DNA from: the human T2T-CHM13v2.0 reference genome, Homo sapiens | DNA length: 64,000 nt | Strand: one strand, 5' to 3' | Assembly: GCF_009914755.1 (NCBI RefSeq) | Contig: NC_060947.1 | Part shown: positions 23,610-34,006 of the stretch, piece after piece | How the letters are laid out: each line of letters starts with the position of its first letter | Position numbering within the stretch: position 1 is the first letter of the stretch | Position numbers and translations under genes: made by a program | The notes under the pieces: generated by a model | Seen by the model: the letters and a program-made list of their open reading frames with translations, nothing else | Told to the model about the DNA's origin: nothing | Database searches by the model: none

Positions 23610-24551
23610 GTTAAAACATCATGCTAGTTTTCAAACTTGGAACTTACCTATGAACCACTGTAGGATAAGTTTAAAAAATTAGTTATTTGAGAGAAAGACT
23701 TGTTCCATTTGTAATGGTGCCACATGTAATTTGTATTTATATTTCCACATACACACACACTCACACGTTTGCACTGCCACACTGTAGGAAATTTGTATAT
23801 TTTATTACCTCCACTTGAGAACATTTTAAAAGTTTAGTTTAGTTTAATAATAATTTTTCAACATTTTTACCCGATTTTTTGACAAGAAGACAATGCTGTT
23901 TTAATTAACAATTATATATTTTTTCTTAAATCAACAATGACTCTCTTGAAAATTTGGTGAGAGATATAAAGTTCTATTTCTGCATGAATAGTAGTGACTA
24001 ATCGAATAGAAAATAATTCAATCTACTCAAAACTTACATGAGCTTAAGATTTTTTTTTCTTTTTGAAATGGACTAAACAGAAAAGACATAGTAACTGACA
24101 TGTTCAGGTAAGAATATTTAATTTTTCTGAATAGGACAAGTCAAGATTTTAAGTTCCAGGAAAATAAAAATGTTTTCACTTTACAACTTCTATTAGATTT
24201 GTATGACTGATAAACTTAAGGATTTATATTTGATATTGTTTTTTCTTTGTTTTGATCCTTTTAAATGAAATGTTTGTGTGTCTATATTAGCAACAAAATG
24301 TCATGCCTGATATTCCCACTTAATTCTTCAACTATTACAACTCAGGTACATTTTGTAAATCTTACAAGATTGACTGACATGCACATCTGGCACTTTATTT
24401 GGATAACCACATAATCTGAAAAATGTTTGAAGTTTTTTATGTATAAACCAAGATGAATATGAGTGCCATCTTGAAAATGATATGCCAACTTGAAGGGGAC
24501 AGAAAAAGTGGCATATTTAGCTTAACCTTAAGATGCTTCCTGAAATATTTG

Positions 24552-24826
24552 TTATTATGTTAAGCCCAAAACTACATGCTCTCACTTATAAGTGGAAGGT
24601 ATATACTGTGTATATACAAACATAGAGTGTGGAATGACAGACAATGGAGATTCAGAAGGATGGGAAGATGGGACTAGGGTGGGGGATGCTGAGCAATTAC
24701 TTAATGGGCACAATGTACGTTATTTTGGTGATGGATACATTAAAAGGGCTGACTTCACTGCAACACAATTTATGCATGTAACAAAATTACACTTGTACCA
24801 CATAAATTTATATAAATAAAAAAAGA
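24552..24826 (+). mobile_element. L1PB4-like 3'-end fragment
   Basis: ctctcacttataagtgg...acatagagtgtggaatgacagacaatggagattcagaagg...gacttcactgcaacacaat...aaataaaaaaa. Confidence 0.85.
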
Positions 24827-24879
24827 AGCATGACATAAGTGAAAGCTTTCCCAGATGAAAATTCTATTAAAAAAAGAAA

Positions 24880-26645
24880 GATGGTGGTATTTTGATGGGA
24901 CTTGCACTGAATTTGTATATTGCTTTTAGCGGTATGGTCATTTTCACAATATTGATTCTACACATCCTTGACCGTGGGATGTGTTTCCATTTGTTTGTGT
25001 CATCTATGATTTCTTTCAGCAGCGTTTTGTAGTTTCCCTTATAGACGTCTTTCACCTCTTTGGTTAGGTATAGTCCTAGTGTTTTATTCTTCACAGAATT
25101 AGAAAAAACAATCCTAAAATTCATATGGAATAAAAAAAGAGCCGACATACCCAAAGCAAGTCTAAGCAAAAAGAACAAATCTGGAGGCATCACATTACCT
25201 GACTTCAAACTATATTATAAGTCCATAGTCATCAAAACAACATGGTACTCGTATAAAAATGGGCACATAGACCAATGGAACAGAATAGAGAACCCAGAAA
25301 TAAACCCAAATACTTACAGCCAATTGATTTTTAACAAAGCAAACAAAAACATAAAGTGGAGAAAGGACACCCTATTCAACAAATGGTGCTGGGATAATTG
25401 GCAAGTCACATGTAGGAGAATGAAACTGGATCCTCATCTTTCACCTTAAACAAAAATCAACTCAAGATGCATCAAGGACTTAAATTTCAGACCTGAAACT
25501 ATAAAAATTCTAGAAGATAACTTTGGAAAAACCCCTCTAGACATTGGCTTAGGCAAGGATTTCATGATCAGGAACCCTAAAGCAAATGCAATGAAAATAA
25601 ACGTAAATAGCTGGGATTTAATTAAACTAAAGAGCTTTTGCAAGACAAAATGAACAGTCAGAAGAGTAAACCGACAACCCACAGAGTGGGAGAAAATCTT
25701 CACAATCTATATATCCGACAAAGGACTAATAACCAGAATCTACCACAAACTCAAATAAATTAGCAAGAAAAAACCAATCCCATCAAAAAATAGGCTAAGG
25801 ACATGAATAGACAATTCTCAAAAGAAGATATACAAATGTCCAACAAACATATGAAAAAGTGCTCAACATCACTAATGATCAGGGAAATGCAAATCAAAAC
25901 CACAATGCAATACCACCTTACTCCTGCAAGAATGGCCATACTCAAAAATTTCAAAAAATAATAGATGTTACCATGGATGTAGTGAGTAGGGAATACTTCT
26001 ACACTGCTGGTGGGAATGTAAACTAGTACAACCACTATGGAAAACAGTGTGGAGATTCCTTGAAGAACTATAAGTAGAACTAGCATTTGATCCACCAATC
26101 CCACTACCAGCTATCGACCCAGAGGAAGAAGTCATTATACAAAAAAGATACTTGAACATGCATGTTTAGAGCAGTACAATTCACAATAGCAAAAATGTGA
26201 AATCAATCCAAATGCCCATCAATCAGCGAGTGGAAAATGAAATTGTGAGAGATATATATATATAGATGGATATAGATATATAATGATGGAATACTACTGA
26301 GCCATAAAAAGGAATTAATTAATGGCATTTTCACCAACCTGAATGAGAATGGAGACTATTATTCTGAGTGAAGTAACTCAGGAATGGAAAACCAAACATA
26401 TGTTCTCACTCATAAGTGGAAGCTAAGCTATGAGGATGCGAAAGCATAAGAATGACACAGTGAACTTTGGAGACTCAGGGGGAAAGGGTGGCAAGGGGGT
26501 ATGGGATAAAAGACTACAAATTGGGTGCAGTATATACTGCTCGTGTGATGGGTACACCAAAATCTCAGAAATTGCCACTAGAGAACTTACTCATGTAAGC
26601 AAACGCAACCTATTCCCCAATAACCTATGGAAATAAAACAATAAT
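24880..26645 (+). mobile_element. L1PB1-like element with 5' inversion (inverted 24880-~25086, sense ~25086-26645)
   Basis: Antisense ORF2 piece ([23 protein letters not shown]) abuts sense ORF2 ([15 protein letters not shown]), then an L1PB1-type 3'UTR. TSD ttaaaaaaagaaa at 24867-24879 and 26646-26658. Confidence 0.93.
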
Positions 26646-26959
26646 TTAAAAAAAGAAACCATATCCATCTATCTCAGCTCCCTTTTCCCCTAAAGGACAA
26701 CCACTTTTGTAACTCTCAATGTGTTCTACATTAACTTCTAGAAAGTTTACCCATTCATAATTACTGACTCTGCTTAAATAAGTTAACTATTGGCAACTCG
26801 TTAGAGTAGTCAAATTCAAAGTATTAAATCAAATCCAAAATATATAACCAATTTTGTGATTAATAAGTAAATAATAAATATGATAAGCACATAATAAAAG
26901 AACATAGACTGTAATCAAAATTCACCATGCATGTATTTCTAGTTCTAATACCACTACTA

Positions 26960-27075
26960 TTAACTAATATTTATTGAGAGCTTATTATGTGCTAAGTACT
27001 GTGTACTTTGCATATATAATCTCATTAAATTCATAGTATTATCTTACTTATTTTTAGATAGGTAAATTTTCTCGC
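26960..27075 (-). mobile_element. MIR fragment
   Basis: taatatttattgagagcttattatgtgctaagtactgtg...atctcattaaattc. Confidence 0.65.
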
Positions 27076-28729
27076 ATTGTGGCATTTTAGCTGATATGCA
27101 AATAAATTCTGAAAAGGCATATATTTGAAGTCGTAACCATAAATTGATTTTAAAACAGGCTTAATTCTAAAGCCTTAACCATAATAATACATTGCTAATA
27201 AAGGATGCTTGAATATAAGGGATGCCAGTGGTGAAGTCTGAGGGTATCAGACCCAACTGTACTGAATGAACTGAAATGGACACCTAAAAATAAAGAAATA
27301 CTTATTTATTATAACTTTTTCTCTTTAAAAATGAGTTTCCTGTAATTTTATCTATATATTTTAGATTTTAATATTACTAAGAAGACAATAGATGAATGTT
27401 ATGTTTTTGTATATTTTCAAAACACAAGATTTTTGAAACATAAATTTTAGGCTATGTCTATAGCATATCTCTAAAATGGTTTAAGATGAAAAATTAAGGA
27501 TCTATGTTTAAAGAATAGTCGCAAGATAAATTCACTGATTGCTTCAAATAAAACTAAACTAAGAAAATATGAACATTTAAATTATGCTAATGTAGACAAA
27601 CTAATTTTTTGCCTTCTTTTTTTTAGGCTTTTACACTAGATACTGGATTACATACAGGGACTAGAACTGATTGGCAGGAGTGACAATGCTAATGCTAATA
27701 TTTCGCTGAACAAACTGGCCAAGTCTTTCCAAATAAAATTGATTTATACATACATTCTACCAATAAGAGATGCCAGGTCAGAGTAAGTATATTGCTACTA
27801 TGGTATTGTAACTTCAGTGTTTATGTTTATTTTTACTTCTATATTAATTTGTGTTGAGGAGTATATTTTCCATACTGCTAGAAGGAGAAGATGGCTTATT
27901 ACATAATATGGTTCTTGGCTATAACAATGTTTTGTCCTGGAAATGTCAACCAAAATACGAAAATATAGATAGATAAAATACTTACTATTATCAAACTCCA
28001 GACTATACACAATATTCAAAATCCAGGAAAGGACCATTAAATAAACCATGTTCAGAATATTGTAAGATCTACCCCCACAAATGTTTACCCCTGTAAACTT
28101 CGTAATTTTCATTATTACTATAAATTAGAAAAATAATTTTGGACTAAAATATTCAGTTTAGTGGCTTTAGCATTCACAGAGGGCCAATATTAAGTCACTG
28201 AGTTATTAGAAACTGCTAAGATGTAGAGAAATAGAACATTTTAAGTTGGAGGACTCTCTCAGATATTGAAATTGGGATGTTACAACCATATCATATCAAG
28301 AATACACTATATGTGTGCATAAGGATAGCTATACACAGTAGCAATTTCATTTTCTAAAATAAAAATTCTATAAATGGGACCACTTTTTATTACTTTTTGG
28401 AGCTGGGCTGAACATGAAGTAGACTTTATATGTATACATACCTATTCAGGTCAGACACTCTTAACTGTACCTTATAGAATTTGAAGAACCAGGAAAGACA
28501 TTAGTCTTAATGAATTCATAGTCAAGCTCCAACTGAGCTTTGCTTTGCTCTATGTTTTCCCAAAGCAAAGCAAGGCTCAGTTTGAACTTGGCTAATGTCC
28601 AGGTTTGTAGAGCAGGGAAACATGAGATGACCATGACTACATTAATCAAAATTGCAGAGCACTGCTACCTTTAAAAAAAAAGAAGAAGAAAAGAGACAGT
28701 AGGTTACCACTTCAAAAAGTGTCTTGGAA

Positions 28730-28990
28730 GAGTGGTTGGTAAATCGGTACAACAGAACACTTAGCGTAAGTTCTAGTGTTCAGTAGCACAGTAGGGTGAT
28801 TATATTAAGAATAATTCATTGTATATTTCAAAATAGATAGAAGATATAGAATATTCCCAACACAAATAATGTGATAGGTGATAGATATCCCAATTAACCT
28901 GATTTGCTCATTATATATTATGTACATGTATCAAAATATCACATGCACCCCATAGATATGTATAATTATTATTTATCAACTTAAAAAAAG
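28730..28990 (+). mobile_element. L1MA 3'-end fragment
   Basis: gttggtaaatcggtacaac...gttctagtgttcagtagcacagtagggtgat...atcacatgcaccccatagatatgtataattatt, then an A tail. Confidence 0.85.
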
Positions 28991-29589
28991 TATATAGGGC
29001 ATCTAACAAACATGTAGCCCATAGATCTAACTAATGCTCAGGCAGCCGCGATAGTCCTTAAGAACTCACAAAAATAGGCCCAAAGATGAGAACATTTTTG
29101 GAATGCAATTTACTTGGAGATTAGAAACAAACTTACTTCGCCTTATATATCCTACTTTATGAAGTTGAGACCTGGATTTTGAGTGATTTGAGAGATCAGA
29201 TTTGAAGAAGGCACAGTAGAGTCAGTTAAGTAACAGTAACAAAATTTATACAATATAAAGTTTGCTTTATTGTTATTTAGATGAAGTCATTCATCTCAAT
29301 CCTATGAAATTCATCAGAGCTGTAGAAGTTTACATAAGGCACAGTAGGCCTAATAGCTATGGAGAACAAATAGCTTGAGAAAAACTGGCATATTGTCAAC
29401 CAATGAGGATACTTTAATCTAGAGAACTTCCCTCAAAATGTATCAGACCACCAGCCTTGGTTTGATTACATTGTTAAATCATATTGAATTGGTCATTAAG
29501 ATATCCTGTGGTTAAATTAATCAACATTGTTTTTTTAAATTATTCCATCTTTAATTTATAATTAGTCTCTCAAAAGCAAGGACCATGTA

Positions 29590-29760
29590 TACTGAATTGA
29601 ACAAATATAATGAATAGCTACTGAATACTAGGAGCTTCTGGGAATAGAAAATAAGGAAATATAATCCCTTCCTTAAAAAGTTTAAAGCTACTAGGAAAGA
29701 TAAACCAGTTCACCAGTGCACAACTAATGCAGAAGAGTGCTATAGTTGAAATATATGCTA
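29590..29760 (-). mobile_element. L2 fragment
   Basis: Degenerate reverse L2 3' end (aacaaatataatgaatagctact...cccttccttaaaaagtttaaagctactagg). Confidence 0.4.
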
Positions 29761-29970
29761 TAATAAAACTTTACCAATGCATTAGTGCCCAATTTGTTGA
29801 TTAACCATGAAAAAAAAACATTCTTTAATGGAAGTTCAAACTTTTTGGATCTTGTATACTGTTTCCAAACATTGGGAGAAAAAGGTTTATTTTACAGTCA
29901 GAAAAATGTTGTGCTACTTGTTTCACAAAAACAAAAGTCTCATTATGATGCTAATAGAGAAAAAGTATGT

Positions 29971-30074
29971 AGAGGAAAGAAGGAAGGAAGGAAGGGAGAG
30001 AGGGAGGGAGGGAGGCAGGGAAAGAGAAAAGAAAAGAAGAAAGAAAGGAAGAAAAAGAAAAAAGAAAGAAAGAA
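29971..30074. repeat. GA-rich low-complexity purine tract
   Basis: aggaaagaaggaaggaaggaagggagagagggagggaggg...aaagaaagaaag. Confidence 0.9.
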
Positions 30075-30149
30075 CACATCATGCCTAGCATTCTTGTAGT
30101 TAGTATTTATTTAGTGTATTGACTGAAGCTGGTATCTTTTAAAATGCAT

Positions 30150-30310
30150 TTAGCAAATACTTACATAGTGCTTACTCTGCATCAGGTACTATTTTAAGTA
30201 ACTTTCTCATATTAATTCATTTGATTCACTTAATTCTCACAACTTTTAGAAATGGATATACTATAATCTCCAGTTTAAACAAGGCAGAGAGAGGTTAAAT
30301 AACACCCCCA
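30150..30310 (-). mobile_element. MIR
   Basis: agcaaatacttacatagtgcttactctgcatcaggtact...ggcagagagaggttaaataac. Confidence 0.7.
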
Positions 30311-30694
30311 ATTACTTCCTGCATGACCACTTGAAAAGTTGGGAAGGAACACATCATTTACTATAGCACTATTCTTCTTCTTCTTTTTTTTTTTTTTTTG
30401 TCTTTCGAAAAAAAAAATAGTGATTTCAAGTTATTTACCTGCTCCCTGGTATCTTACACCATCTCACACTTCCCTATCTTTCCAGATAAAAACTTTGGGC
30501 CTTTGTCTACTGCCCTCAATTAAAATACATGTATTTCAAGGATTTTCTAGGTGATGATATGCAAATGCCTGATGCCCTTCTAAGGATGAGGTGGCAACTA
30601 TGTTTAATTACACATTTGCTAATTCTAATCTAATAACTACCCTTCCCAGAGGCACTGTGTAGAAGAGTTCAGGAATTATGTTACTCTCCCTGTG

Positions 30695-30848
30695 CTTTCT
30701 CATTTAATACTCACTATAACACTATAAGAGAGATACTGTATTCTCATTTCACATATGTAGAAACTGAAACTCAAAAAGTTCAGATAAGATGAGCAAGGAC
30801 TGGGGTTTAAATCAATGTACCTCTGACTCCAAAGCCTGTGCTTTTCCA
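30695..30848 (-). mobile_element. MIR
   Basis: tctcatttaatactcac...catttcacatatgtagaaactgaaactc...tctgactccaaagcctgtgctttt. Confidence 0.75.
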
Positions 30849-32139
30849 AATTTTGAAGATATTTTGTCCTAATTCCGAGCTACAGAATACCTGGCATGGA
30901 CTCTTTTGTTTCATGTACTTAGTAGTCGTTGCTAATTAGTCACAATCTGTCTTAGCTCAGTACTCTAGGTTATCACTACAAATGGATTGAGATTGATATG
31001 GGAGATAAAGTAGTTTTAGTACCCTTGCCATAATCCAAATGTGATCTTTTTTTTTCATTTTATAGGTTTAAATGCCTTTGAAGACTTTTATTTTAAATGA
31101 TGTCAAATTTATATGCAATTATTTTCAGGCAACAATTTCCTGAGACTGGAGGAAGAGAAAAAGATGACAGAAAGGGACCAAAGCTAAATTTTAGCACTAT
31201 GTCAGATTTTCCAAAAATGGAATTCTATAAAGTTAAAAATAATTCAAAACAAGTGATTCTTGTACATCTATATCAGCAATGTTCTTTACTGAACAAAGTG
31301 GAAAAAAACTTTAATCTTAAGGTGATGATAAATAATTAAACACGTAAATGTCAAATTTAGAAATCACCTGGAATTCAACCATAAAGATGTATATTTTAGA
31401 ATAATTAGCTCAGTGCTAAGACATATATGGATGTATGGAAGACATGAGAGCCACCTGTTCATTTATTTCCCAAGTAAACAGCAAACATGACTTTCATTCA
31501 AATCCATGTATTCATTTAAATGAACCCCAAAGCTCTAATACCCTATGTGTAGCTATTTTGCTATTATTTAGCATTAAATGCATTTGTAGGACTTTATTTC
31601 ATAGAAACAGGCATGTATATGGAACTATTCCTGTCCTCAATTTTATAACAAATCAGTAGTGAGTACAATTTTAGGTCATTAGAGATTAGTAGATATTATA
31701 CTGAAAAAACATATTTTATTTCCATTGTAAAATGCAGCACATGCACATTTTTATTTACAGTATTTTTTTAAAATTGCCAAAATTATATTCCAACGATTTA
31801 ATTTAGAACATTTTATTGTAGATACATATTGGTAAAAACAGCCTTCACAACCAATATACATGCTTGGAGTGGTACAGAAATCAAATTTGTGTCACCATCA
31901 AACAATAATAATAGTAACAATTATAAAATAAAAATGTTATTCTAATATTTACATACTACTTTTGGTTTATAAAGCACTTAACACACACTTTACTCATTTA
32001 ATTTTCATAATAATTACCAGATTGCTTGTACTGTAGGTAGCTGATTCTCATTTCCCGAACTATGATTATGATTTAGTATATCTGTGTAGACCAATAATTT
32101 GAATTTTACATACTCATCTGCAGGTAATTCTAAGGGAAT

Positions 32140-32308
32140 GTTGCTACTCAGAGTGCTGGCTCACTCAGAACAGCCGTGTGGGCATCACCTGGGAGCTTGT
32201 AAGAAATGCAGAAACTTGGGCCTCAACTCAGAACTACTGAATAGGAATTTGCATTTTATTAAGATTCCTCAGGTGATTCAAATATATATTAAAGCTTGAG
32301 GAGCATCC
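32140..32308 (+). mobile_element. MER5A1-like hAT-Charlie DNA transposon relic
   Basis: gctactcagagtg...gcatcacctgggagcttgtaagaaatgcagaa...tgcattttattaagattcctcaggtgattc...aaagcttgaggagca. Confidence 0.85.
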
Positions 32309-32487
32309 CTCTAACTACACTTCAAATGTAGATGTGGTTATCCTTCCATTGAAGATAGTGTTCTCATTTGCAAAATCGGCATAATAAATACCTGTTTCCA
32401 AAGATGGTTGTAAAAATATAAAATACAAAGATTATAAAATATAAAGATTATATTAGCAAACTTTCAGCCAATGGTCTCTGCTAGCAT

Positions 32488-32615
32488 TTTCATTCATTTA
32501 ACAAATATTTTTCTTGAGTACTTGCTGCAAGTCAGGGACACTGTTGGGTTTGCCTTATGAAATGCTAAAGAAGATAGATACAGTTCCTGCCTTTATGGAG
32601 TTAATTGTCTAGGGC
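32488..32615 (-). mobile_element. L2 3'-end fragment
   Basis: ttcattcatttaacaaatattt...gagtacttgct...acagttcctgcctttatggagtt. Confidence 0.7.
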
Positions 32616-33957
32616 AGAGCTTGAAGTCATCATAACCATCATCAATGTCATTATCAGCATTAAGATATTTTTTATTATAATGACAGGTCTTAAAATAATA
32701 TAACAGAAATAGACGAAGGAGGACAAAATGTTTCTCATCAGCAGTGTTGCACAAGAAAAGCAAACAAAAGTTAGCATATTAGTTTGATTTCACAGAGAGA
32801 GAGGTCATGGCAAAAAGTATTTACCTGTGGCTGAAGGAGTAAATGGGAGGGGAAAAGGGGGACAAAAAAATACATATCCGGAGCCATATAAATCATTTTC
32901 ACGAAATTATAGAGAATTCTCTCTTGATAGGTAATACATTTTAAATTGGATTTTAAAAGCAATAGGGAAATAAAACATGAATTTTCCCTAGTTCTTACCT
33001 CAATATGTCCTTAGAGCTGACTTCACTGGGGCTGTTTGCCTAGGGCTTAGTCCTTCTGAAGGTCTCAGAAACAAGTTCTATCCTACTGTGGTTATAAGAG
33101 GACTGACTCCACATGAATTGGCCTTCATTTCTTAGGCCCAAAGTGTCTCTCTCACATGAATGCATGAATGGCAGGCCTAAAAGAAAAAAAAAAAAGGAAA
33201 AATTAACCCACACAATTGATTGACTCAACATTGGAGGGATAAAAAGTAATACATACTTAGATTCAACTTCTGCCTGCCCCAAAGTACACACCAGGAACCC
33301 ATTGCTTGCATTGACAAATCTCTTAATTAGAAGATGGTATTTGTTCTCAATTAGAGAAACAGATTGAGATGCTCCCTTTAAAGATAAAACCATTGAAAAG
33401 TGTGCAGCAGTTTGGTGGAAAAAGAGGCAATTAGGCATATCACCTGGAGACTCCTTGCATTTGCAGCAGTGAATGCGTAAACAAAACAATTACTCCACTC
33501 AAGAGATACTTCACCATGGCTCAGAGAGAGAAGGGGATGAATCACTGCTGATGAGTATTTAAGAAATGTCCCCTGAGATTAATTCCTATACACACAAAAA
33601 GATAATCACCGCCATCCACATTACCTTGGTATACTTTTCCTGAAACTACACTGAATTTCTGGAAAATAATATGAAGATCATACTTAGAACACAATCAGAA
33701 GCAAGCACTTTTCCATGAATTTACTGCAGCAAAGAATACTATTTTACTCAAGTAGCCCAGGTGTTTTGTGTCATTTCATTAATTCATTCAATGAGTAGCA
33801 CTTATTTTGTGCACAACTCTACTAAACACACAAGTGTACTCAAATATGTAAAAGAATAATCCACTGTCCTCCAGGACCTCATTTGCAAAACATTTGGCAA
33901 GATGTTCCATTAGAGGAAAAAATCAAGTCCATGTGTTACAAAATGTGTGCTGGGGAG

Positions 33958-33960
<3 letters not shown>

Positions 33961-34002
<42 letters not shown>
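33961..34002. repeat. (GT)21 microsatellite
   Basis: Perfect GT run. Confidence 0.98.

Positions 34003-34006
<4 letters not shown>

Noticed and set aside
23648-23657. Possible 10-nt minus-strand microexon (cctacag|TGGTTCATAG|gtaagt)
   Set aside because: The donor is good but the pyrimidine tract is weak, the length is frameshifting and there is no supporting context.
29785-30099. Basic K/R/E-rich ORFs
   Set aside because: They are produced by the GA-rich low-complexity tract.
33040-33489. 149-aa minus-strand ORF as a coding gene
   Set aside because: It has a non-ATG start, reads through a polyT tract (FFFFLL) and shows no recognisable homology. Only the splice-bounded part is kept as a candidate non-coding exon.
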